DNA of 64,000 nucleotides, from positions 128,001 to 192,000 of the forward strand of contig CAWFAD010000008.1 in assembly GCA_963813815.1 (NCBI GenBank), read 5' to 3'. This DNA comes from an uncultured bacterium. Its GTDB lineage: Bacteria > Krumholzibacteriota > Krumholzibacteriia > Krumholzibacteriales > Krumholzibacteriaceae. The notes beneath the pieces were generated by a model. That model did not search any database. It was not told the origin of the DNA and was given only the letters and a program-made list of their open reading frames with translations. Below, one piece after another: positions 1 through 8,733 of the stretch (the stretch's first letter is position 1; the number at the start of each line of letters is the position of its first letter). The translations under genes were made by a program, and so were the position numbers.

Positions 1-318
1 CTTTTGCCCGACGAGGAGGCCGTACTGCACGTCGGCGCGCTTCGTCGCCCGCACGTAGTAGTTGCCGGCGGCGAGGTCCTCGATCGCGACTCGGCCCGAG
101 TCGTCCGTCGTGAACGTCCGCTGGTACACCTGGCTCGAGCTCGACACCTCGACCGAGGCGCCGGGGACCGGCGCCCGCGCCACGCCCGAGGAGCCGCTCG
201 TGTCGATCGCCTCGAGGATGAGAACGATGCTGCCGTCGGGATCGCCCGGCCGGTCGAGCCCGCAGGAGCCGGCGAGGGCCGCGAGCGCGCAGATCGCCGC
301 GATGACCGCCCGTTTCAT
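1..318 (-). CDS. Lipoprotein, partial (runs off window start); N-terminal prealbumin/carboxypeptidase-regulatory-like domain, probable paralog of the adjacent DUF4876-like lipoprotein
   Basis: Read manually (not in ORF track): MKRAVIAAICALAALAGSC-GLDRPGDPDGSIVLILEAIDTSG...VPGASVEVSS...TTDDSGRVAIEDLAAGNYYVRA. Lipobox LAGSC; ATG overlaps the upstream TGA (ATGA at 315-318); N-terminus resembles that of 315-1448. Confidence 0.75.
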   Translation of the reverse strand, partial: MKRAVIAAICALAALAGSCGLDRPGDPDGSIVLILEAIDTSGSSGVARAPVPGASVEVSSSSQVYQRTFTTDDSGRVAIEDLAAGNYYVRATKRADVQYGLLVGQK

Positions 319-1448
319 TGGAACCACCTCGCGAGCGACGTCGTCGCGTGAAAGTACCCCGGCGTCGCCGGGTAGATATTGACGAAATCGAACGTCGAGT
401 TGTTCGTGTCGAGACCCGGCTCGCGCCGCTCGACGGATATGGCGCTGTACCGGGTGACGCCCACTCCGGCGAACCCCGCGTCGACGCGCACGGTGAGCTC
501 CTTCGCCTTCGTCGGGTCGGCGCTGTACTCGACCCCGTCGATCACCGTGTAGATCGGAATGTGCATGTAGTCGTTTTCGTCGATCGTGTACTCCTCGCCC
601 GTCGCGATCACGACCGCGTTGTGCGCGAGATTGATGAGGTAATCGGTCGTCCGCCCCGGGATGATGTTCACGAAGTTCGCCGCCGTGCGCACGTCGTAGT
701 CGTTCCCGAACGGGTTGAAGCACTCGTATTCGGCGCTCGAGAGATCGGGCGAGTTGACGCAGTAGAGGCTGTGGTTCACCGCGTCGGCCGCGACGACGAC
801 GTAGCGCCCGGGCCCGATCGGCCACTGCGTTCCCGTTCCCTGAAGCTGGAAGGCGTAGAGCGCCGTCACGTAGTCCTTGGTCTCCATGTCCGGGTCGATC
901 GTTCCGAGCTGGCGGGTGAGGATGATGTTGTCGAGATAGAGGGTGTCGTCAGAGGCGTTGTAGAGCTCCACGAACTGGTCGTAGAAGTAGTACGTGCTCG
1001 CGCAGGAGCCCGCGTAGAGGATCTCGTTGATCATGAGGTTGCTCACCGTGACGGTCCCGACGAGAATCGTGTCGGCGATCGTCGCGTCCCCCACGGGCCG
1101 AAGCTCGCCGAAGCCCGTAAAGACGACCCGGTTCGGTCCCACCTCCACCTCGCGCCGCACGAAGACCGAATAAGCGCCGGAGGCGACGGACTCGAACACC
1201 GCCACGCCGCTCTCGCCGGTCGTCACGGTCTCCGTGAACAGGTGCGTGCGGGACTGAATGCTCACCTCGGCGCTGTCCACGAAGAACGGCTCGCCGAGCA
1301 CGCTGCCGGAAAAGAATCCCGACGTGTCCGCCACCGCGACGGCGATCGTCGCGGAGCCTTCCGGATACTCGGGAAGATCCTTGCCGCAACCGCCGGCGAG
1401 GGCGGCGGCGAGGATGAGCGCCGCCGCGGAGATTCGATTCGAGATCAT
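315..1448 (-). CDS. DUF4876-like surface lipoprotein associated with TonB-dependent receptor
   Basis: C-terminal part of ORF 315..3299; real start MISNRISAAALILAAALAGGC (lipobox), coupled to the TBDR stop (ATGA). Motifs INEILYAGS, YFYDQFVELYN..DDTLYLD and DTNNSTFDF match my recollection of DUF4876. Confidence 0.75.
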   Translation of the reverse strand: MISNRISAAALILAAALAGGCGKDLPEYPEGSATIAVAVADTSGFFSGSVLGEPFFVDSAEVSIQSRTHLFTETVTTGESGVAVFESVASGAYSVFVRREVEVGPNRVVFTGFGELRPVGDATIADTILVGTVTVSNLMINEILYAGSCASTYYFYDQFVELYNASDDTLYLDNIILTRQLGTIDPDMETKDYVTALYAFQLQGTGTQWPIGPGRYVVVAADAVNHSLYCVNSPDLSSAEYECFNPFGNDYDVRTAANFVNIIPGRTTDYLINLAHNAVVIATGEEYTIDENDYMHIPIYTVIDGVEYSADPTKAKELTVRVDAGFAGVGVTRYSAISVERREPGLDTNNSTFDFVNIYPATPGYFHATTSLARWFQ

Positions 1449-4258
1449 TCCTCCGCCTCCGCGCTCGGACGCCGCCAGAGATCGTCGAGGATCATGCTGA
1501 ACTCGATGCCGTAGAAGATGGACGGATTGCGCACCTGATAGTAGCCGTAGCAGTCCTCGTACACCGCTTGGTCGTCGAACACGTTGTGGACGAAGAACGA
1601 GAGCTCCGCCCCGCGCCCGACCGATTTCGACACGTTGATGTTGAAGAGGTAGCGGTCGTTCGGACGCTTCGTGACCTGGAGATCGCACGTCGGATTGTCG
1701 TACGTCCGCGTGAGCCCGAGCGCGTCCGATTCGGCCGGCGTGATGCTGACGGTGCGTCCGTCGACGGGATCGTAGTACATCGGCGAATAGACGATGGGAT
1801 CGAGGTAGTTGACGTCGGAATCCCACAGCGTCTGCTGGACGAAGAAGGTGACCCACATGCCGAGCTTCTTGATGAGCCAGTCGGCGCTGTAGTCGACGAT
1901 CATCTTCTTGCCCCACCCCTCCGTGTAGTAATAGTAAGGGTAGACGGTGCGCCCGAGCGTCTGGTTGTATTTCGGCGTCGACATGTTGATTCCCTCGGCG
2001 CCCGATTGCGATTTGACGTAAGACGAGGCGATGCGGAAGGTGGTCGAGAGCTTCTCGATGCGCTTCGTCACGATCGTGAACTCGATGCCCTGCTTGCGAT
2101 ACTTCCCCGCCGGGCGGAAGAAGGCCGTTTTCGGCGTCTGCTGATAGAAGGTGTCGGCGACGCTCCGGCTCTCCTCGTTCGGCCAATCCGTCCAATCGTA
2201 GCGGTAGAGGGTGACGGGCATCTCCTCTTCCCTCGCGATGCCGTCCGCCCGCGAGAACCACCCGGTGAGGATGAACGCGACGGGGCCGATTTTTTGATCG
2301 AACGAGAGCTCCCCCTTCTCCTCTTGATACCCGAGGAGGCCGCTCGTGTCGAGGTTCCACACGTAGGTCGAGATGAGGGAGGTCGTGTCCTCCGGCGTCG
2401 AGTTCTGCTCGACGATGTCGATGTACTGCGGCCCGATGAATATGTCCCGGGCGGAGGGCATCTTCGAGCTCTTCCCCCAGCTGAGACGCAGCTGCGTGCC
2501 GTCGAGCGGCTCGTACTTGAGGCGGATGCGGGGGTTGAGGAACGTGCCGTTCCGCGACTCGACGACGCCCTTCTCGTTGAAGATTCCGTCGAGGTGGAGC
2601 TTCTCCGGCGTGTACATCTCGTAGCGCATGCCGAGCGTCACGTTGTACGGCCGCATGAGGAGAAAGCCGTTGATGTTGTCCTCGAAGTAGAGGTTCGCGC
2701 TCTGGAGCGAGGGAACGGCGTCGAAGGGGAGCGGGCGCTGGCCGAGGTTGCCGCTCGGCGGCTCGAGCGGGTTGAAGATCTTGCCCTCGCCTCTGTTGTC
2801 GTCGAAGCTGTACTCGCCGCCCGCGAGCAGCGCGTGGTTGAGGCGGAACGCGTTCACGTCGGCGCGCAGGTTGAGCTTTGCGTTGAGGCTCCACTCCTCG
2901 CCCCGGGTCCAAATCTTCGACAGGTACGCGCCGGCGTCGAACACGCCCTCGTACGTGCCCGGCTCGGTCGCGTCGGTGAGCACGCGCACGTCCGATCCCA
3001 CGAGGCTCTGGCTGAAGGCGTCGCGCTTCGTGTAGTTGACGTTCGCCGTCCACTCGACCTTCGTGTCCTTCGTCGGCTTGAAATCGACCGAATGGCCGTA
3101 AATGATGGTCTTGTCCTTGTTCGATTGGATGCGGGCGAGCGGATCGCGCCCCGTGAGGTCGTACTCGTCGGCGACGCCCGTGTACATGAACTTGTTGAGG
3201 ATGTTGAGCCGGTCCTCGAAGAGCTTGTTGCTGAAGTTGAGCTGGCCGCCGTACCGCGCGTACTCGTCTCCGTCGAGGCGGACGTCGCGGATGCTCCACG
3301 CGTAGTTGAGGTTGTAGGACACCCCCGTGTTGAAAGCGACTTTCCCCCCGCTCAGGTTGGCTTCCTTCGTATCCGGGTTCGTCTTGAGCTTGAGCCGCGT
3401 CGGCTGCGCGCCGATCTTCGTCCTGACCTTGACGAGCCCCGTCGTGAGATCGCCGTACTCGACCGAGGGCACCCCCGTGACGACCTCGACCCCCTGTATG
3501 TTGTCGGCGGGAATCGTTCGAAGATCGATCCCGCTCCCCGAGTAGCTACTGACAGTGGCCACGGCCGTGCCCGTGCCCGTCTGGAGGTTCGCGTTGTTCG
3601 AAATCGGGATGTCGTCGATGATGATCTTCGTGCCGAAGCGGGCGGCGGACTGCTCGTCGGTCGAGAGCTGCCCCGTGCCGCGCAGATCGAGCTGGTTCAT
3701 CTTCGAGAGGCCCGGGGCCTTCGTGCGTTCGACCCCCGGCACCATGTCCATGATGTCTCCGAGGCTCGTCGAGAGGTAGTGCTCGATTTCGGCGCTCGAT
3801 ATCTCGTGCGTCGTCTCGATCTTATCAGGGAGGATGTCGCGCTTGTCGAGAACGGTGATGCCGCCGATCGAGAAGAAGAACTGCTGGCGCGGATCCCCCG
3901 AGACGAGCTCGCACTTGTAGGTCGTGATCTTGCCGCCCTCGATCGAGACGTCCTGATAGCAGGTGGCGTAGTACTCGTCCTTGAGAATCGAGATGCCGTA
4001 TTTACCCTCGGGAAGCTCGATCTGGAAAACGCCGTTCTTGTCGGCGAGCACGCTCCGCGTCGTCCCCTGAATCGCGATGAGGGCGTTCGGCACGACCTTC
4101 CCCGTCGTGAAATCGAACACCTTGCCCTTGAGAACGCCGGTGCCGGCCGCCGCGGCGTCGCCCGGCGCCGACAGAGAAATGAAAACGGCGAAGAGACACG
4201 CCGCGACTACAGCGCCGATAGCCGGGCAAATCTCCCCCCACCGGATACTCGAGCTCAC
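1445..4258 (-). CDS. TonB-dependent outer membrane receptor with N-terminal carboxypeptidase-regulatory-like domain
   Basis: GTG start at 4258 after GGAGG; signal peptide; LKGKVFD..TGKVVPNA.I.I.GT domain; plug motifs (LGDIMDMVPGV; IDLRTIPADNIQGVEVVTGVPSVEYGDLTTG); beta-barrel with FFVHNVFD near the C-terminus. Confidence 0.9.
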   Translation of the reverse strand: MSSSIRWGEICPAIGAVVAACLFAVFISLSAPGDAAAAGTGVLKGKVFDFTTGKVVPNALIAIQGTTRSVLADKNGVFQIELPEGKYGISILKDEYYATCYQDVSIEGGKITTYKCELVSGDPRQQFFFSIGGITVLDKRDILPDKIETTHEISSAEIEHYLSTSLGDIMDMVPGVERTKAPGLSKMNQLDLRGTGQLSTDEQSAARFGTKIIIDDIPISNNANLQTGTGTAVATVSSYSGSGIDLRTIPADNIQGVEVVTGVPSVEYGDLTTGLVKVRTKIGAQPTRLKLKTNPDTKEANLSGGKVAFNTGVSYNLNYAWSIRDVRLDGDEYARYGGQLNFSNKLFEDRLNILNKFMYTGVADEYDLTGRDPLARIQSNKDKTIIYGHSVDFKPTKDTKVEWTANVNYTKRDAFSQSLVGSDVRVLTDATEPGTYEGVFDAGAYLSKIWTRGEEWSLNAKLNLRADVNAFRLNHALLAGGEYSFDDNRGEGKIFNPLEPPSGNLGQRPLPFDAVPSLQSANLYFEDNINGFLLMRPYNVTLGMRYEMYTPEKLHLDGIFNEKGVVESRNGTFLNPRIRLKYEPLDGTQLRLSWGKSSKMPSARDIFIGPQYIDIVEQNSTPEDTTSLISTYVWNLDTSGLLGYQEEKGELSFDQKIGPVAFILTGWFSRADGIAREEEMPVTLYRYDWTDWPNEESRSVADTFYQQTPKTAFFRPAGKYRKQGIEFTIVTKRIEKLSTTFRIASSYVKSQSGAEGINMSTPKYNQTLGRTVYPYYYYTEGWGKKMIVDYSADWLIKKLGMWVTFFVQQTLWDSDVNYLDPIVYSPMYYDPVDGRTVSITPAESDALGLTRTYDNPTCDLQVTKRPNDRYLFNINVSKSVGRGAELSFFVHNVFDDQAVYEDCYGYYQVRNPSIFYGIEFSMILDDLWRRPSAEAEE

Positions 4259-4601
4259 AGACCCTCCTATCCGCTGTGTAAACTTCCGACGACACCTAGT
4301 CGTAATTATTTTTGACCAAGAGAATTCTCTCACATTGAGACCTCCCAGTCAATAGGCTATATCCTTTATATTTAGAAGGTTGTACACCACTGGGGCCGGC
4401 TGGTTCCGCCCTATTCTCAAACCGGGGCGTCGAGCGCATTCCTTCCTGAGTCGGAACGATTCCGACCGCGGACTCGAACCTCGCGCTATACGAAAACGGG
4501 TGGCGCTGGTAACATGCGCGCCGTGGCCAGCCGGCGCGCGCCACGCGCGTCCCGGGCGGGCGCGATCGAATGACGTGAAAACGAACGCAAGGAGGTCCCG
4601 A

Positions 4602-7103
4602 ATGAAGGGGAATCGGCTGTTTGTCATGGGCGTCGCGGCGATCCTCGCCCTCCCCGCCTTCGCCGCGGCTGCGGCCGCCCAAACGACGGATGTTTCGGCG
4701 CCCGTCTCGCCGCTTCTGCGAAGCGAGCTCGAGGCGACCCGCTTCGTCGCGGACGCGGACGACGCGTCGGCGGTATACGTCAATCCCGCCGGGCTCGCCT
4801 GGAAACATTTCGCCACGTCGCTCCTGCAGGGCACGTACGAGTTCGACCGCGTCGCGGAGATCGACGCGGCGGCCGGGGCGCGCGGGCTCGGCCTCGGCTA
4901 CACGCGCATCGACGGCGCCGCGTACGCGTCGAACACGTATCTCGCCGGCGTCGCGGCGAAGCTCTCGCCCGCGGCGAGCCTCGGCGCGTCGTTCAAATGG
5001 CACCACACGGATTTTCCGTTCGAGAACCGCAGCCCCTTCGCGATCGATCTCGGCCTCATGATCCGTCCGGGGCGCTCGCTCTCGATCGCCGGTGTCTGGA
5101 AAAACGTGAACGAGCCGCGCTTTTCCTCGGGCGAGGCCGTCGATCCCTTTCTGGGGGCCGCGAAGGCGCTCGAGCGAACGTTCATCGGCGGTCTGTCGCT
5201 GCGTCCGCTGCGCGAGCGGCTCACGCTCTCAGCGCAGGCCGAGGTGTGGGACGGGAGGAGGCCCGGCTGGCTCTTCGGCGGACGGATGCGCGCGCTCCCG
5301 GGAGTGGAGATCTTCGGCTCGTATCGCAACGATCTCGCCTGCCGGAGCTGCGGCTCCTACGAGGAATACGCGGCGGGGATCGCCGTGAGCTTCGGCTCGT
5401 CGAGGGTCCGCGCTCAGGGACGCACCGCCGCCGGCGGGGATCTCGATCACGGGCGCTACACCCTCGGCTACGAGACCGCCCGCGCTCACGTCGAGGAATC
5501 GATCGCTCGTCCCGCGCGCTACGCCGAGATCGAGATCGACGGAAACTACCTCGACGAGGGAGGCGGGTTCTCCCTCATGGGCGGATCGAAGGACCTCCAC
5601 GCCCTGCTGCGCGAGCTCGAAAGCGCGCGCGCCGACGAGGACGTGAAGGGGCTGCTCCTGCGGATAGGCCGCATCGACCCCGCCTTCATCGGGCCCGTGA
5701 CCGGCAACCTCTGGGAGCTCCGCCGCGCGGTCGGGGCCGTCCGGGAAGCGGGCAAGCCCGTCGTGGCCTATCTCGTCGAGGGAGGCTCCTCGCCGGAGCT
5801 CTATCTCGCCTCGGCCGCCGACCGGATCGTCGCTCCCCGCACGAGCACGGTCGGGCTCATCGGCGTCTCGCTCGAGCTCATCCGGATGAAGCGCATGTTC
5901 GGCAAGCTCGGCGTCGACTTCGACCATTACACGGCGGGCGATTACAAATCGACCTTTCACACGATCTATACCGACACGACGACCGCCGCGCAGGCGGAGG
6001 AGCTCCGCTCGCTCGTCGACGAGAGCTACCGGCTCCTCGTCGAAACGATCGCCGAGGGCCGGAATATACCGCTGGAGCGCATGACGGAGCTCGCCGACGG
6101 CCGCGTGTATAGGCCGGAGGAGCTCGTCGCGGAGCGGCTCCTCGACGCCGTCGGCTGGGAGCGGGACGCGAAGACCGAGCTCGGGCGTCTCGTCTCGGCG
6201 AGACGGCCCGAGAGGCTCGAAACCTCCCGCATCGGACGGAGGGTGTACTGGACCGAGCGGTGGCGCGGCGCGCCGGCCGTGGCGATCGTCGGCGCGTACG
6301 GCGGCATCGAATCGGGAAAGAGCGGGCGGGGCCTCCGCAGCGGGTCGCGCACCATGGGCTCGGCGACGGTCGTCAAGCAGCTCGAGGCGGCCTCGAGGCA
6401 TCCGGGCGTGCGGGCGATCGTGCTTCGCGTCGACAGCGGAGGCGGCTCCGCGCTCGCGAGCGACGAGATCCTCGAGGAGATCCGCAGGATCCAGAAAGAG
6501 GAGAAGCTGCCCGTCGTCGTGTCGATGGGCAATGTCGCGGGCTCGGGCGGCTACTGGATCTCGATGTACGGCGATCGCGTCTTCGCCGATCCGTTCACCA
6601 TCACGGGGAGCATCGGCGTCGTGTGGTTCAAACCCGTGCTCGAGCGCCTGTACGAAAAGATCGGCGTCACGAACGAGACCTTCAAGCGCGGAGAGCACGT
6701 CGACGCCTCCTCGCCGAGCCGTCCGATGACGGGCGAGGAACGCGATATGCTCGACGCGCATATCGAGGGCCTGTACGATCTCTTCGTCGAGGGGGTCGCC
6801 GCGGGGCGCGGGCTCGCGCCCGAGCGCGTGCGCGAGATCGGCGGAGGGCGCGTCTACTTCGGCACGCAGGCGCTCGAGCTGCGGCTCGTCGACGAGCTCG
6901 GCGGATTGACGGACGCGGTCGCCGAGGCGGCGAGGCGCGCCGGCATCGAGAGCGATTACCGCACCGTGTACTTCAAGGCGTTTCCGGGGTTCTTCGGGAA
7001 CCTCGATCTCGACCCGAGCCCCGTCGGCGTGGCGCGCGCCATCATGAGACTGCTGCGGGAGAGGGGCGAAACGGCGTTCGACGAGACGCTGACCATGTTC
7101 TAG
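4602..7103 (+). CDS. sppA: Signal peptide peptidase SppA (S49, tandem domains) with N-terminal outer-membrane beta-barrel-like extension
   Basis: AAGGAGG RBS then MKGNRLF; two S49 domains (LYLASAADRIV; AGDYKS; LRVDSGGGSALASDEI; SMGNVAGSGGYWIS; TITGSIGV; GGRVYFGTQA..L.LVDELGG). Confidence 0.9.
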   Translation: MKGNRLFVMGVAAILALPAFAAAAAAQTTDVSAPVSPLLRSELEATRFVADADDASAVYVNPAGLAWKHFATSLLQGTYEFDRVAEIDAAAGARGLGLGYTRIDGAAYASNTYLAGVAAKLSPAASLGASFKWHHTDFPFENRSPFAIDLGLMIRPGRSLSIAGVWKNVNEPRFSSGEAVDPFLGAAKALERTFIGGLSLRPLRERLTLSAQAEVWDGRRPGWLFGGRMRALPGVEIFGSYRNDLACRSCGSYEEYAAGIAVSFGSSRVRAQGRTAAGGDLDHGRYTLGYETARAHVEESIARPARYAEIEIDGNYLDEGGGFSLMGGSKDLHALLRELESARADEDVKGLLLRIGRIDPAFIGPVTGNLWELRRAVGAVREAGKPVVAYLVEGGSSPELYLASAADRIVAPRTSTVGLIGVSLELIRMKRMFGKLGVDFDHYTAGDYKSTFHTIYTDTTTAAQAEELRSLVDESYRLLVETIAEGRNIPLERMTELADGRVYRPEELVAERLLDAVGWERDAKTELGRLVSARRPERLETSRIGRRVYWTERWRGAPAVAIVGAYGGIESGKSGRGLRSGSRTMGSATVVKQLEAASRHPGVRAIVLRVDSGGGSALASDEILEEIRRIQKEEKLPVVVSMGNVAGSGGYWISMYGDRVFADPFTITGSIGVVWFKPVLERLYEKIGVTNETFKRGEHVDASSPSRPMTGEERDMLDAHIEGLYDLFVEGVAAGRGLAPERVREIGGGRVYFGTQALELRLVDELGGLTDAVAEAARRAGIESDYRTVYFKAFPGFFGNLDLDPSPVGVARAIMRLLRERGETAFDETLTMF

Positions 7104-7126
7104 CCAGCGCTTCCCGGGCCGGAAAC

Positions 7127-7161
7127 GAAGGCGGGAGCCCCCGGGGCTCCCGCTTCATTTT
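7127..7161 (+). terminator. Intrinsic terminator-like hairpin between convergent sppA and dipeptidase genes
   Basis: GCGGGAGCCC-CCG-GGGCTCCCGC followed by TTCATTTT. Confidence 0.7.
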
Positions 7162-7182
7162 CGGGCGAGGCCTCTCGTCCGC

Positions 7183-8373
7183 CTAGCGCATCGCCTTCTC
7201 GACGACGCGCAGCAGGTTGCCGCCGAGTATCTTCTTGATGTCCCGCTCGGAGTACCCGCGGGCGGCGAGCTCCGCCGTGATCGCGGGCAGCTTCGACGCG
7301 TCCTCGAGCCCGACCGGGGTCGTCGAGATGCCGTCGAAATCCGATCCGAGCCCCACGTGATCGACGCCCGCGACCGCCACCGCGTGATCGATGTGATCGA
7401 CGAGACGCGAAAGGGGTATCGGCGGTATCGCGGCGGTCTCCCTCTCGAGCTCGGGGTGCATCGACCGCCACGCGCGCTCGTAGTCTCCGTCGAACTGCGG
7501 CGCGAGCTCGCGCGCGCGCTCCCGGTACTTCTTCCAGAGAACGCTGACGCGGTCGTTGTACTCCTTGTCGAGAAAACCGGAGAAGAAATTGACGCAGACG
7601 ACCCCTCCCTCCGCGGCGACGGCACGGAGCAGATCGTCGCTCACGTTGCGGGGGATGTCGCAGAGGGCGCGCATGCACGAGTGCGATACGATCACGGGGC
7701 GCTTCGTGATCGCGAGAACGTCCCGCACGGCCTCCTCCGAGGCGTGCGCGCAATCGACGATCATACCGAGCCGATCCATCTCCCGGACGATCTCGCGGCC
7801 GCGATCGTTCAGGCCGTGCCACGCCGCCGTGTCGTCGGAAGAGTCGGCGAACTTGTTCGTGTTCATCCAGGTCAGCGTCAGGCACCGCACGCCGCGCTCG
7901 TAGAATTCCCGTATCGAGGCGGGATCGTCGCCGACCACGTGTCCGCCCTCGATGCCGATGATCGCGGCGAGCTTTCCGCGCCGCGCGATGCGCTTCACGT
8001 CCCGCCCGTCGAGGGCGATCTCCATGCGGTCGCCGTGGCGGCGGGCCTGCTCCCGCATCGCGTCGATCATCGCGATCGCGCGGCGCGCGTACAGGCTCTC
8101 GGGCAGCTGCGGGGGCACCCAAACGGCGAATATCTGGGCGTCGAGCCCGCCCTCGAGCGCGCGCGGCAGATCGATGTGCCCGTCGGAAAGGCGCTCCCCG
8201 AGATCGACCGCCTCCTCGCCGATGAGCCGCATCGCCGTATCGCAGTGCGCGTCGAACACGATCGCTTCGCGGTGAATCTCCGTCACGCGCTCCATGCCGC
8301 CTCCCCCGGCCGCAGCCGCCGCCGGGACCATCGTCGAAGCGACAAGCATCGCGATCATTGCCAGGGTTCTCAT
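7183..8373 (-). CDS. Membrane dipeptidase (peptidase M19), secreted
   Basis: Signal peptide MRTLAMIAMLVAS; motifs DAHCDT, GIEGGH, LTLTW, VSHS, RNVSDD, DHIDH, VGLGSDFDG, GGNLLRV. Confidence 0.92.
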   Translation of the reverse strand: MRTLAMIAMLVASTMVPAAAAAGGGGMERVTEIHREAIVFDAHCDTAMRLIGEEAVDLGERLSDGHIDLPRALEGGLDAQIFAVWVPPQLPESLYARRAIAMIDAMREQARRHGDRMEIALDGRDVKRIARRGKLAAIIGIEGGHVVGDDPASIREFYERGVRCLTLTWMNTNKFADSSDDTAAWHGLNDRGREIVREMDRLGMIVDCAHASEEAVRDVLAITKRPVIVSHSCMRALCDIPRNVSDDLLRAVAAEGGVVCVNFFSGFLDKEYNDRVSVLWKKYRERARELAPQFDGDYERAWRSMHPELERETAAIPPIPLSRLVDHIDHAVAVAGVDHVGLGSDFDGISTTPVGLEDASKLPAITAELAARGYSERDIKKILGGNLLRVVEKAMR

Positions 8374-8378
8374 ACCGC

Positions 8379-8603
8379 TCAAACCGGTTCGACCTTCTTG
8401 ATTTCGGGAATCTTTTCTTTCAGGACGCGCTCGATTCCGAAGGCGAGCGTCATCTGCGACATCGGACATCCCGCGCACGCGCCCTTGAGCCGAAGCTTCA
8501 CGACGCCGTTCGCCGCGTCGACATCCACGAGCTCGACGTCCCCGCCGTCCGCCTGAAGGCTCGGCCGGATCTGATTCAGTATCTCCTCGACTTTTTCACG
8601 CAT
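8379..8603 (-). CDS. NifU/NfuA-like Fe-S cluster carrier (NifU C-terminal domain)
   Basis: IRPSLQADGGDVELV...LKGACAGCPMSQMTL..GIE, 74 aa. Confidence 0.93.
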   Translation of the reverse strand: MREKVEEILNQIRPSLQADGGDVELVDVDAANGVVKLRLKGACAGCPMSQMTLAFGIERVLKEKIPEIKKVEPV

Positions 8604-8733
8604 CAATTGCACCTCCGCAGGGGAACCGGGAAAAGATAACAGGTTCCTCCCGCCCTGCCAAGCGCGCATTTCGCCGCCGCGCGGGCGCCGCGGCCCGATG
8701 CTCCGGACTGCGGCGCTCGCGATTCTCTCTGGA

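Noticed and set aside
315..3299. 994-aa ORF as a single protein or frameshift fusion with the TBDR
   Set aside because: The first ~617 codons are an off-frame shadow of the TBDR; the real gene starts at 1448 with RBS and lipobox.
4259..4600. Possible cobalamin riboswitch upstream of the TBDR
   Set aside because: No B12-box or GGGAA...GCCCCCGCAACTGT-like core seen.
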